A DNA stretch of 64,000 bases. Origin: Octopus sinensis (lineage: Eukaryota). The translations under genes were made by a program, and so were the position numbers. Positions within the stretch are counted from its first letter, which is position 1, and the number at the start of each line of letters is the position of its first letter. Location: assembly GCF_006345805.1 (NCBI RefSeq), contig NC_043003.1:114204001-114268000 (forward strand), given 5' to 3'. Under the pieces are notes generated by a model that ran no database searches, was not told where the DNA came from, and saw nothing but the letters and a program-made list of their open reading frames with translations. Positions 25,571 to 39,130 of this stretch are shown piece after piece.

Positions 25571-25782
25571 ATATTGTTATATTTCGGAATGGTCATATTG
25601 CAAGTTTAGCCAATAAAAACACACGCACTATATATTTGGTGTATTTTGTTTCAGTGTTATTTAATTTTTACATTAATCTTAATTGTCTAAACTGGAAATA
25701 TGACCATCCCGAAATATAACAATATCTGTTTCAACACACGACTTCACATAAAAAAAATCTTGCACAACAAATATTTAACGTA
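25571..25782. mobile_element. Fold-back non-autonomous element, copy 1
   Basis: ~43 bp inverted repeat (25571-25613 / 25683-25725) plus a unique tail shared with 52451-52754. Confidence 0.75.
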
Positions 25783-25783
25783 C

Positions 25784-25846
<63 letters not shown>

Positions 25847-25894
25847 GTATATATATATATATATTAATATATATATTATATATATAGATATATA

Positions 25895-25934
<40 letters not shown>

Positions 25935-25956
25935 GTATATATATATATATATATAT

Positions 25957-25999
<43 letters not shown>

Positions 26000-26009
26000 C
26001 ACACTAACT

Positions 26010-27460
26010 GAATGATCCGGTGTTGGGCGTGGAAAAGGCATGTTGTAGAGAGATGAAGTGCAACAAACTTGAAGGATTGACCCTGGGATTTGTAAAATGT
26101 AATATGTAGTTAGTTTAACTAGAATCTGAAGCGTCTTAAAATCGAATGGAACGTCTGTAGGTGTGAGTGGCATTTTTGGAATAAAGACATTTTCTCTTTT
26201 GTGACTGACTGTTATGATTGTTTTCTATAGGACATGGGGCTTCATGGAAATAACAATTGAGCGAGTTCCATTACACAGGTGAGATGGGTCAAGATTTCTA
26301 AGCAACATAATGGGACCATCCAGTTTTAGTGTTAAATTGTGCGGCGGCATCCCAATGTGTTTAATTGTGTTCAGAGATTTAACAAGGTATTGAACAATTT
26401 GATCTTGATCGACTGTTGTCAATTGATGTAAAATCATTTCTGATGTATCTGTTAACTTTCGAAGAAGTTCAGGATTGAGTTTATTAACCAGTTCATTAGT
26501 TGGGGGTAGTATAGCTCTTTCGCATAGACAGAGTTTACATCATTGTAATTTACTGATAAATTAGGAAATATTTTATCCATAAAATCCCTAAGAGAAAATA
26601 TCATTTGACCGCATGTAATCTCATGTAGCTGAAGTCTTGAGTTGGATAGTAATATCACATTACCATTCTTAAGAAGCTCGTATGATCATCTTGTAGAATA
26701 CTCTATTGAACTCTGATGTTGCTTGTTAGATGAAATTTTTTCACATGTCTTCAAAGGTACGAATTTTTTTTAAACAATGCATTGACCTCATCAGCTTTTG
26801 ATCGTGTGGGGATAACTGGCAACGTTTGACAAAAATCTCCTGCAAGAAGAGCTGCTATTCCTCCCATGAGCGTGCTATTGTTTTTGTTTTTTATGTCTTG
26901 GAGGGTACGGTCAAGTATTTCTGGAACTCCACGATGTGACAGTGCACTCATCCCAAACAATGAGGCAAGTTTGTTGGAGAACTGCAGCCATTGCAGAGAT
27001 TTTAGAAATGTTGCGGATTTGAGATTCTTTCATTGCAAAGTTTCGAGAGCGCTTGAACATAGAGTAAGCGATAGTTCTTCTCCCATTGAGGCGGGTAGCT
27101 GCAATACTAGAAGATGCAGCGGTGGAAGAAGGTTAGATTTTATTCCGTCCCATTTAGGATTACAAGTGAAAATGACAAAAAGATCTGGTTTTCCATTTAG
27201 CCTGACATATGTCATAGCATCTTGTATTCATTTGTGCATTTATCGAGGACCACCTGTGAATGATGATGGGAGGGTTATAAGTTGCTCCATGTTTTGAATA
27301 TCACCATCTGTCCTCAGAGCATTTTGGGAGATGACCATAATTTTTAGCCCTTAAATTTTTTGATCGTTACGAATGTAGAGGAGATGCTCACTCTACACTT
27401 CAGCATACATATCAACCAAGTATTGCTGAAATAGATCACGATCAATGTGTAACAGAGTTG
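26010..27460 (-). mobile_element. Collapsed and decayed Helitron RepHel
   Basis: Rep-region LFQQYLVDMYA, LPSSFTGGPR and DAMTYV..GKPDLFVIFTCNPKW. PIF1 helicase LAGDFCQTLPVIP, PPHNLTLK..PIMLLRNLDPSHLCNGTR and PLTPTDVPFDFK. Many stops and deletions. Confidence 0.93.
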
Positions 27461-28389
27461 ATTGTTCTGATCCTAATATCATTTGGTAAGAACAGAAGTC
27501 ATTTGATGATACATTTTTCTCTTGTAATTGGCTCTCTTGTCTCGCACACACTCACATACATATACTTAGATACAGATACACACAGACATACATTCACGCA
27601 CACCTCAGGCCTGTCTCTGTCCCTGTGTGTGTTGCCTGAGGGCTAGCACATGAAATTTATCATACATACACTCGCAGCTCACCCCTGAAGCACACTCATA
27701 TACATATGCTAAGACAGACACACAGAGACATACATTCGCACACACATACATTCTGATATACACTCACATACTGTACTAAGATAAACACAAATAGACATAC
27801 ATTTACGCACACCTCAGGCCTATCTCTGTCTCTCTGTGTGTCTGTCTCTGTCATTCTATGTGTGTGTGTGTGTATGAGTGTGTGTGTCAGTCGTTACAAA
27901 AATGTATGTATACTGACAGACACATACACTCACTTCATGTATACATCTCAGTCATCGGCATAACGTACGTACGAACGCGCAAACACACACTTACTCACAG
28001 ACACATATACACTCATATGCAAAATGTAGCGTCGTGGTGGTGGTGATGGTGGTATAAAATGTTGTTTACAATAGTTAACTTATAGAAGGATTATAATGTT
28101 AAATTTTTCTAATGCAACTATGTAAACGAAAATAAAGTTTATTTGGTAGCCGAAATATTACTGAATCTTTTGATACCCTATACTGAAAATTAGTAATTAA
28201 GTTGTTGAATTCCAAAATGGAAAGAGGTGCGCAAGCACACGCACATACACACAAACTCTGATTTATTACATAAGATTATATATATATAATATATATATAT
28301 ATTATAGATATATATATATTATATATATATATATATACACTTACGCTATATATTAATATATATCTATAATATATATATATATATATATA

Positions 28390-28790
28390 TTCTGCTTTTT
28401 TTACATGTTTCAATCATTTGACTGCTGCCATGTTGGAGCACCGCCTTTAGTCGAGCAAATCGACCCCGGGACTTATTCTTTGTAAGCCCAGTACTTATTC
28501 TACCGGTCTCTTTTGCCGAACCGCTAAGTGACGGGGACGTAAACACACCAGCATCGGTTGTCAAGCAATGCTAGGGGGACAAACACAGAAATACACACAC
28601 ACATACACATATATATATATATACATATATACGACAGGCTTCTTTCAGTTTCCGTCTACCAAATCCACTCACAAGGCATTGGTCGGCCCGGGGCTATAGC
28701 AGAAGACACTTGCCCAAGATGCCACGCAGTGAGACTGAACCCGGAACCATGTGGTTGGTTAGCAAGCTACTTACCACACAGCCACTCCTA
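28390..28790 (-). mobile_element. SINE family A, full length
   Basis: Head, CORE-like region, internal TA tract and 3' body are all present. Confidence 0.92.
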
Positions 28791-29903
28791 TATATTTACA
28801 AATATCTTTTCTAGACACTATAACTAGTTTGTCTGATGTAGATTATTCCTTACAGACAAAAATCCAAAACAGCAGTTAGGATTTTCGTACTCCTTATACA
28901 AACTGCGCTGCCTGAACAATGAAAGTCAGCGGTTGTATTCATAAACAGCCAGCAATACAACCACCTGCTTGTTAAAACTGAGCAACAGCTCCGTTGCTTA
29001 GTGTAGCTATTTATGACTTCGAGTCAGTGATTGAAGCTGGTTCAAATGTTCCCATTTTTTGCTTTCGTGGGCCTCAATGTTACAAAAAAACCTCTTTACT
29101 ATGAATACAACAACGCTGATTAATAATTGGTCGCTGCACATCATAAACTCAACTCGGGTTATTGCAGTGACCTAGAGGAGGAGGAGTAGGAGGAGGAAAA
29201 GTTAACCTTATTTCGTATGCGTATGTATACGCAAATGTACGCGTATATGTACGTGTGTGTGTGTGTGTGTTCATTAATTACATTGTGTGTGTGTGCGTTT
29301 ATGTATACACACACACACAACACACACACACACACACACACAATGCAATTAGTGTAGATAATATTTAGTCTTGAGAGAATGGGATTGGAAGTGGATTTCA
29401 GACTTTCAAAAATTGGAAGTGATCACCAAGCGGACTAATTTCATCTCTCATCACAAAATCATCGGAGATCGCTTGGTTCACCTTGCATCTGTCCAACTGT
29501 AGAACTTAGAGAAGCTTCATAGAGTAATATATAATATGTAATGTACGAGAAGCGAAATGATAAACGTGCATAATTGTACAAACTGACAGCAGGGAATTAA
29601 TAACTTGGGGGAAAGTACATCGTGGTTAAAGGTATGAATAAGTACATGTGTGTGTTTGTGTGTGCGTGTGTGTAACAATATATGCATAGACACACAGACA
29701 CACATACACATACATACACAGACACACACACAGACATACACACATACACGTAAATAGCCAGCAAAAGCGAGTTAGAAAGATAGATAGGCTCAGGGAAAGA
29801 CAGACAATATACACGTATAGACATATTTATCTACCTATCCCTTTTTCTTTCTCTATCTCTCACTTTCTCTGCATATATATATGTATGTATGTATATATAT
29901 ATA

Positions 29904-30180
29904 TCACTTTGATCACTTTGACCGACCAGTCCGTCAGGCGTCCATTTGACACCGCTGGTCACAGCACGCTGTCCACTCCTCTCTGGATCGCGCCTTTCTC
30001 ATCCACGTGATCCCAATCGTCCTCTTGAAATCGTCACTCCACCGTCGTGGAGGTCTTCCGGGTGGTCTTTTCCGCTCACGCGGGTACCACTCGACAACTG
30101 CGTGCGTCCACCGATTATCGGTGAGCCGGGCGACGTGTCCAGCTCATCTATACTTGCTGCGAGTATACTCTGCGATGACA
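29904..30180 (-). mobile_element. RTE-clade LINE 3' end
   Basis: Translates to (W)AGHVARLTDNRWTHAVVEWYPRERKRPPGRPPRRWSDDF..; tail (TCAAAGTGA)2. Confidence 0.9.
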
Positions 30181-30261
30181 TCTCTTAGTACCCCCCGAAC
30201 TCAGTATATCATGGCTGGTGGCGGCTGTCCTCTATGACATAGAGAACACTGCCACTATATA

Positions 30262-30337
<76 letters not shown>

Positions 30338-30351
30338 GTATATATATATAA

Positions 30352-30435
<84 letters not shown>

Positions 30436-30700
30436 CAAAAAGTTCAGGGTGAATACTTGATAACAGTAAGCACCTGTATAGCCAGTTAGTGGTATAGGTG
30501 GTAGGGTATATTTATCAAAAGAAAAACAGGATGCAAAGGATTTAGCGGTACATATGTTTCCGGCCTTATATCAATGCATAATTGATGTAATATGTATGTC
30601 AATAGCCTTCTTCAGCCGCGCACAATTACCACACCAAAGACATGTATTACATTATAAGTTTGGGGAGCAAATCCTCATAGTCGCATACACACACACACAC

Positions 30701-30820
<120 letters not shown>

Positions 30821-30999
30821 ACAACTATATATAACAAATAGAAACAGGAAATGGAATTCAGGAGATTAATCCCAACGATCATATTCTCCCACTTGTATCG
30901 ATCCCTCGCAGGTGAGATGTTTATACAACTGGCTATAGTGCGCCCTTCGGTGTTCAAATTTACAGAAATCAAGAGAGAGAGAGAGAGAGAGACAGGTGA

Positions 31000-31090
31000 G
31001 GGAACAACAAGCAAGTGTATTAGTTTGACGTTCGGGAAGAATAGAAAAGTCTTTAACGTTTCGAACCTACATTCTTTGAAAGAAAGGGCT
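31000..31090 (-). mobile_element. Penelope-like pseudo-LTR fragment
   Basis: CGAAACGTTAAAGACTTTTCTATTC..AACTAATACA is homologous to 40010-40060. Confidence 0.6.
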
Positions 31091-32045
31091 CAGTGCGAAA
31101 AAAGAAATTGAGGGCGAAAAAAATTGAGAGGGTATAAAATAGATAAGGATTAACAGTTTACACACACACACACACATGTATGTATGTGTATGTGTATGTG
31201 TGTGTGTGTGTGCCTACATATATGCATACAAATACACACACTACACAGGCTGTGTGAGATAAAGGAAAAACCTGCGATATATCGGTTTATGACTTCTAAA
31301 CACACCTTATCTTTCTTACAACCTTTTTTCTTACAGCAATAACTTACAGATAACTCAGTCCACGTAGCTGCAAACGGGCACAACATCAAACGAAAAACAC
31401 TCAGCCTAAAACGAGCGATGTCACTGTATTTGTAAATTCAAGCAGAGTTTCTTCTTTAGTCGAGTTTCGATTGATATATTTCCAAGAACCATACCTTTAA
31501 ACTGTTATCTTCCTTATGGGCCATAACAAGAAATGGGTCACAATAGTATTCTCTAAGAGTCTCCAAGACAAAATCTTTTGCTAGGAATATTTATTAAGTG
31601 TAAAATATTTCGTTGAGTAAGGCAGCGGCAGAGAGTCTGCAACACAATATTTACTGTCAACAGAATCTAAAGAATTCTTCCCCAAGTGAAGTACCAAATG
31701 TTAAGATCATAAATTTTGGGAAAATTCTTGTTTTTTTTTATTATTTATATTTAATAAAAAGAAACGGTCGGCTCGGATTATTGAATTGCTAAAACTGGTG
31801 GCGATGGTAAATGACTGCTCTAGATAGATAACATTGTATAGGGAAGGCTGACCTGTCTTTGGTATATATTCGGTGATGAAATATATTCTGAAACTCACTC
31901 GTCCACACGTACATACATACACAATAAACACACGTACACTCATATACACACACATATGCACGCACACTCACATAAACACTCAAACATACATACACGTTAA
32001 ACACACATATGTATACATACCAGCACACAAATACATCCAAATATA

Positions 32046-32079
<34 letters not shown>

Positions 32080-32320
32080 CGCGCGTGTTTGCCTGTGTAA
32101 ATATGTGTTTGTTTGGATGTGTGTGTGTGTGAGTTTAATTTATTTTCGTCGGATTTATGTGTTGTAGTTCAGTTGGGTTGCCTCTAAGATCTGCTCTTAT
32201 TTCTTTTGTGGAATATTTCGGTTACAGAAAGCTGACAATCTTCTTTTGTGAACAGCCGTCTGAGTGCCTATTTCTGTATTGTGATATGTGTGCGTGTGTT
32301 TGTGAGTGTGTGTGCCTGTC

Positions 32321-32449
<129 letters not shown>

Positions 32450-33022
32450 ATGTATGTGTATGTATGTGTGTGTGTGTGTATGATAAGTTGCACTGAAAGT
32501 GCGTATGTGTGCATACGTGTGTGTGTGTGGCTGTGTATGCTTGTCTTTGTATATATATGTGTGTGTATGTATGATAAATTGTACTGAAAGTAAGTGCGTG
32601 TGTGTGTGCGTACGTGTGTGTGTGTGTGGGTGTGTGGGTGTACTCTGGGAAACGTTTTTGATGTCTTCTCTCAAGACTAACCAACCGTTCTTTATGTTAC
32701 TCGAAGTTACAATGAAAAACTTGTTTTACTCATCCACCCCGACCTCATACACACACACTTTACCCGGGTGGGTCACTCCAAAATATTTCTATCGCTACAT
32801 TCAACTCGTGATTTAATCAAATAAACTGAAGAGATAAATATATAAATATAGAAACTAATAATTAGTAAATAAATAAATAAAGAGCTAAAATAAGTGAAAT
32901 ACCAGCCGAAGTGTATAAGTTGGCAGACGAACCAATGGGGCAACAGCACAAGGTCACGTGGCTTGTTAGAGATCTTCCTCAATCGACGCTGAAAAAGAAT
33001 ACACCAAGTACTGCAGTCGAGA

Positions 33023-33296
33023 TACAACATCATCATCATTGTTCGACCGTGGTCGAGACAATGGAATTTACCATGCTACGCCAGACTTCACGGTCCATCA
33101 TGGCATTACGGAGGTCCTGTTGCTGGATGCCTGTCTCCCTGGAGATTACATCAGGGTAGGAGAGTGTGCGCCCTCTGGTATTGCGGGTAGATGGCTTCCA
33201 GAGGAGAAGAGTAGAAATTACCTCTTTTTCAGCTCTACAACAATGTCCAGCAAACTGGACTCTCCTACCTTTCACAAGTCGAGATACACAAAGCCT
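33023..33296 (-). mobile_element. 5'-truncated RTE-like LINE 3' end
   Basis: ORF RVQFAGHCCRAEKEVISTLLLWKP..DREVWRSMVNSIVSTTVEQ* followed by a (TGA)n tail; same family as 10878-11250. Confidence 0.9.
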
Positions 33297-33421
33297 TAAA
33301 ATATGATTGGATGGTCATGGGTGGATAGTGTTTATCATAGAGCATCTCGGTCAAGTTTGACACGGGGTTTATACACACGCACACATACAGAAGACAAAAC
33401 AGAAACTAAGAAACACCGATA

Positions 33422-33835
33422 TACTCTTTACTCTTTTACTCTTTTACTTGTTTCAGTCATTTGACTGTGGCCATGCTGGAGCACCGCCTTTTAGTCGAGC
33501 AAATCGATCCCGGAACTTATTCTTTGTAAGCCCAGTACTTATTCTATAGGTCTCTTTTGCCGAACCGCTAAATGACAGGGACGTAAACACACCAGCATCG
33601 GTTGTCAAGCAATGTTAGGGGGACAAACACAGACACGCAAACACACACACACATACAAATATATATACATATATACGACGGGCTTCTGTCAGTTTCCGTC
33701 TACCAAATCCACTCACAAGGCTTTGGTCAGCCCAAGGCTATAGTAGAAGACACTTGCCCAAGGTGCCACGCAGTGGGACTGAACCCGGAACAATGTGGTT
33801 GGTAAACAAGCTACTTACCACACAGCCTCTCCTAC
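33422..33835 (-). mobile_element. SINE family A, full length
   Basis: Complete match to the family structure. Confidence 0.92.
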
Positions 33836-35559
33836 GCCTATAAGTACAATGAGAACAAATCAAATAAAATTTAATTTTTATAATATTTAATTAATTAATT
33901 AATTATCTGCGTTGAAGTCTTATCGTAAATATGATTACAATGTGAAAGTGACCACATGTTTTTAAATTTACACTTACACAGAAAGTTCGATTCCTATTGA
34001 CAATCGTATTCTATTAATAAATATGGACAGAGGAACAAACTAGATTTGAAAGAAGAACCTTTACGTTTAAAATGAAAGCAATAAAGTTCTTATCGCTTAG
34101 ACTATTGATCTATATACCAAAGTGATCAATCGACAGAGTCGTTAATATGTCCGATGAGATTTCTTCGTGTTAATCGTTTCGGGTCTCTGCGTTCTGATCT
34201 GAACAACTGACCAATTCTTCAGAAACCCCGGTGGTGGCAGAGTGCATCACAATAAGCCAACATGTGGTTTATTTCTGCCTTATTGCTGCCCCACACCGGC
34301 TCTACGCATATACATAACAACGAAAGACTCACACACACACAAGATAATTATACAAAATCTATAGCTTAAAGAGCTGGTGGATGCATCTTCCTTTTTCCTT
34401 CCTCTCTCATGTTTTAAAAAGTTCTTGGACTTCAATTGCTTCTGGCCCTCTTTGCCAAGTGTTTCTTCACACATGGCCATATTCGGTTCATGATGGAGTA
34501 ATGTCGTAATGTAATGTCAGTGGTCATACCACTTTGCTTCCCACCGTTTAACAATTAACACAAGAATATTTATGAATACGAAGAAGAGTATTGTTGAACC
34601 TAATTTCTTGTGGCCCGGTGGACAATCAATAAATGTTTCCTCGATGCATGACTTAGAATGTTCAATTTTTCATGCGTCAATAATTTAACTTGGCCTCTAA
34701 ATACACCAAGATGAACTGTGTGATTCTAGGAGTTGGGTGTCACAGCCACTACACTAAGATGAACCGTTTGCAACTGCCAGACTCTGGATTTGATCCCACT
34801 ATGTGACAGTTTGGAGCGGTGACTCCTACCGTAACTTCGAGTTCAATATTCTGGCAGTGTGTGTTTGAGTATTTGAATGTTTGTATTTGTGTGTATATAT
34901 CTATGTGTGCGTATGTGTGTGCAATCTGTGCGCTCCAATGTAAAACGTTGCATAGCGTTGCAGCATTATGACGCCAAAACTAATCTATCCATATAATAAA
35001 TTAAGCACCAGACACAAATATGTACAGATCTATTAAAATCTCTTCATGATGTTGCCCCAGTATGGAATTGGTTCAATGACTGCAAGCTGTAAGGAAATAA
35101 AAGAAATATAATGAAACTCATATAGCAGATTATTCCCACTTGTTTAGATACATGGATGGCATTTTACCCACAAATTATGGCTAAACTATAAATTAATGTT
35201 TAATAGAATATCAAAAATATTGAGAGAGCTATAGACATACCTGAAGAATCTTGTAATGGGTCTGAGTTAAAGAGAGTCATCCAGAGTAAAGGAATTATAA
35301 AAAGGAAGCAAACAACAATGTTAGTTAGTGTATTACTCCATAAGCAAAGAAGGGATGTTGGCATTATGTCTGTTGTTTCTGGCAGAGAAGAGCGAGATAA
35401 ACTATGAATGCTTTTCGGACAAGCAGAAAAAGAAATAGAGAAAGGCGCGCACGAATAAGCTAGAAACAGAGTGATCAGTATTAATGCATGTATCTGCGTG
35501 TATGTATGCATGTATGTATGTATGTATGTATGTATGTATGTATGTACGTCAGGTCACTT

Positions 35560-35940
35560 TCTAGTGCTACTGGTAACATGTAACCCAGTACAACCTGTTA
35601 CATGGTCGGGTCGTCGGCGACTATACCGGTAACCCCATTAAGCTTGCTTGGTGAGGAGGGTGTTTATTGGACACCCTGCGGGATGACAAACAAAACCTGT
35701 CAAAGGGTGGAGGAACTCTTGAGAGTCAACGGCCATCCAATAAATGTCTTGAGGCTGGATCATGCGCGAGGACATAGAAATAATCGGACTGAATACCCGA
35801 TCGCGCGGTTAAACTATTGGGAGTGAAGGACTCCTAGCCTTTGTTAGGTTATCCTTCTAGAAGAAGGTAACTCAGGTAACTGGGATAACTTCGACATAAA
35901 ACCTGCGGCTCAGTGGTTACCGATGAAAGTGTTTACCGAT
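35560..35940 (+). mobile_element. Possible LINE 5'UTR-like fragment
   Basis: A higher-GC island next to a (TATG)n tract, ending in TAGAAGAAGGTAACTC..TAAAACC, which is reminiscent of RTE 5'UTRs. No coding support. Confidence 0.3.
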
Positions 35941-36324
35941 GAAAGTGCAGCATTATGTATCCATGGGTAGAGGAAAAGAATAAGAGGCGTGAGTTGTTAG
36001 CAACAAAGTAAGCTTTCGAAATACTGCCGTATTCATATGAATGTGATGGAAGATGGATAGTGTCGGTGCGTGTGCGTGCGTGTGTGTGCGTGTGTGCGCG
36101 CGCGCGTGTCTGTGTGTAAATATTTGAATGTTCCATAGTGCATGGATGGAGAAAAGCAGTCAAATAATTAATTGTTGATTTTCGCAGGAGAAAACAGCCC
36201 CACTTAAATATTAAATGTTGTCGTCGAGGGATGGGGTAACAGATGTAACTTGATATCGAAAAAGTCTAAAGAAAAAAAAAAAGGTCCTTAGAACCCTTTG
36301 CTAATACATAATACTAGATTAATA

Positions 36325-36720
36325 GGATCTTTTCGGTTTGAACGGCAGATTTTAACATAATTTCTAGGTAACTAAAAAATGTTAAACTTCGTATCCTGGT
36401 AGAATGTATTTAGAAAACATCTTTTTCTCTTGGCTTTATTGAGAAAATTCTATAGTTTGTAAGATATTTGTTGTTTGTTTTTCTTCAATTTCTGCAATTT
36501 GAACCAATCGATGACGTCCATTGAGGTAAAAAACATTCTGAAACAGATTGAGTTTATTTACATTTGTGAAGAAAAAAAGATACCTTTCCCCTCACCCCTA
36601 AGCGTAACCCTAACCCTAAAACAGATTTAAATGCAATAGATCGAAACTAGGGTCATAATTATGGGTGTCAATTTCACATGACACCGCTAGGAAAAATTGC
36701 CTTTCAAACCGAAGAGATCC
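36325..36720. mobile_element. MITE with 24 bp imperfect TIRs, flanked by a 34 bp direct repeat
   Basis: GGATCTTTTCGGTTTGAACGGCAG / TTGCCTTTCAAACCGAAGAGATCC; direct repeat at 36291-36324 and 36721-36754. Confidence 0.8.
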
Positions 36721-37541
36721 GAACCCTTTGCTAATGCATAATACTAGATTAATAAATACATATCGATGGGTAGCAACGATGAAACAATGCCCCACAAGTC
36801 TTATAACTGACCAGATATGAGGCAAGTCTTTCATCGATAGAAAAGTAGACAGTTATTTCTTTGTCACTTTTTTTCGTCATCACAGAAGCAATGCGTCAGT
36901 GACTGGTTTGTTACAAAGCAAGAAACAACAACGGTATTGTACACAAAATTCATGAAACTGAAGAGAAATTTAAAGAAATAAACGTTTTTATGGACTTTCC
37001 ACGACTTCTAAATATATCTGTTCGTGTTAAGAGTCGCAGTAAGAACGGAAAGTCAGACAAATACAATGAATAAAAGAAGCAAAGTCAGACGAACTAGCAG
37101 ACGAGGCAAACGATCAGGTTTTGCAGTTAAGAAATAAAATATCGAAATAATAAAAATGAAAGATAAATAAACTATTAGATGAATAAATAAGTAGACGATG
37201 AACTCGCCCGACTCCCCTCGAAAAGCTATAATTTCATGAACCAGCCTTGACTCGATGTACTCTGCTCTTGTAATACTGTACTGCATTGTACTGCGTGTTG
37301 GAGTGGGTTTCACAGATGTCAGGGAGTTCTTTGTATCTGGATTCAAATGATAACATGTTGAATTTGACCTCTGATGTAAATTTTGCTTACTTTGTTTGTT
37401 TGTGGGTGCGATTGTTTTCGAGGTTAGGTTTCAGGTAGTATCTATGCGCGCGTCTAGGCATCCATCCATCCATCCATCCACACACACACACGCAAGTACA
37501 TATGTAACTATACAAATATATATATATATATTTTATATATG

Positions 37542-37595
<54 letters not shown>

Positions 37596-37668
37596 ATATA
37601 TATATAAATATATATATATATAATATATATTATATATGTGTGTGTGTGTGTGTGTGTGGGTGTGTATG

Positions 37669-37716
<48 letters not shown>

Positions 37717-38054
37717 CACACACCACACACACACACATATATATTATATATAATATATATATATATATATATACATACATTACAGTCTTTTATTAGCTGC
37801 GTTCTATAATGAATGCGCTGTTCTCTTAAATAGAAACAAAGCTCCGTTGCAAGAATCCAGATAAGAAACTCGGTGGAGAGTTACAGGTGAACATGTGAAC
37901 TAATCTTCCCTATTTTTAGCGTTCTTACAGATTGTTGCTGGCTCACTACTCTGAGTGTTCGTGAGTGAGTTACACTGTTTACCTAAAGTCTTTTCACGAT
38001 GAATGCTTGTATAATTCTATGCATATGCTCCTCCGTGCGTGTGTATGTGTGTAT

Positions 38055-38088
<34 letters not shown>

Positions 38089-38092
38089 TCGT

Positions 38093-38327
38093 ATACTCTT
38101 TTACTCTTTTACTTGTTTCAGTCATTTGACTGTGGCCCAAATCGACCCTAGGACTTATTCTTTGTAAGCCTAGTATTTATTCTATCGGTCTCTTTTGTCG
38201 AACTGCTAAGTTACGGGAACGTAAGCACACCAGCATTGGTTGTCAAGCGATGTTGTGTGTGTGTGGTGGAGACAAACACAGACACTCAAACATATATACA
38301 CACAAATACATATATATATATATACAT
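38093..38327 (-). mobile_element. SINE family A, 3' half
   Basis: Tail and body up to the internal TA tract. Confidence 0.85.
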
Positions 38328-38990
38328 ACGTGGTGCGTCTTCGTCAATGTTTGCGATGGCTGAAACGAAAGTACAGCATGCTTCCAGGAAATTATGCTTT
38401 CTTCTGGGGAATACAGCGACCGAAACAGCTGCCATGCTTCAAACAGCTTCAAGGATGCTGCCATGAGAAAAACACAAGTTTATGATTGGTTTTCGTGCTT
38501 TAGTAACAGTCTCTTGTCGATTGAAGACCAACCTGGTTCAGGATGACCGTCGACCTACCGAACGAATAGAAACATCAGGAAAATTCATGAATTCATCATG
38601 GAGTTACCGTCGCCGAACAGTTGACGACCTTGTTGATATAACCGGTGTGTTCTGGAGCTCCTGCCATCGAATTTTGAACGGAGAATTGCAAATGAAAAGA
38701 ATTGCAGCAAAATATTTGTGCCCCGCTTGCCCACGGAATATTAAAAGCAGTCACGATTGAATGCATGACCCTGCTTAATTAACCTCCGTATTCACCCGAT
38801 CTTCCTCCATATGACTTTTATTTGTTCCTTAAAAAAAGTCCTTTAAGGAAAACGTTTTGCAGATGTGGAAGACATGAAGAAAAAAAAACAAAGACAGAGA
38901 CATTGAAGGACATAATTTCACAAGAGTTGCAGGGCTGCTTTGAGCAGGAAAAAACCCGCCTTAACTGATGCATTGCTTCTAATAGAGAAT
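38328..38990 (+). mobile_element. Internally deleted mariner remnant (same family as 16070-16972)
   Basis: MAETKVQHASRKLCFLLGNT.., QMKRIAAK and PYSPDLPPYDF; truncated by the assembly gap. Confidence 0.85.
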
Positions 38991-39090
38991 NNNNNNNNNN
39001 NNNNNNNNNNNNNNNNNNNNNNNNNNNNNNNNNNNNNNNNNNNNNNNNNNNNNNNNNNNNNNNNNNNNNNNNNNNNNNNNNNNNNNNNNN
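38991..39090. other. Assembly gap (100 N)
   Basis: Run of N; the true size is unknown. Confidence 1.
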
Positions 39091-39130
39091 GCTCACGAGC
39101 TGTGGCCATGCTGGGGCACCGCCATTTATT

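Noticed and set aside
27560-27845. Diverged local duplications (also 32480-32600)
   Set aside because: Ordinary slippage products within CA/TG low-complexity DNA.
36590-36622. Interstitial telomere (TAACCC)n
   Set aside because: Only two or three imperfect units, located inside a MITE.
38320-38345. Second mariner insertion at the TA tract of a family A SINE
   Set aside because: The junction falls at ACG microhomology inside the mariner (an internal position in the 16.8 kb copy), not at a TIR, so it looks like a deletion join.
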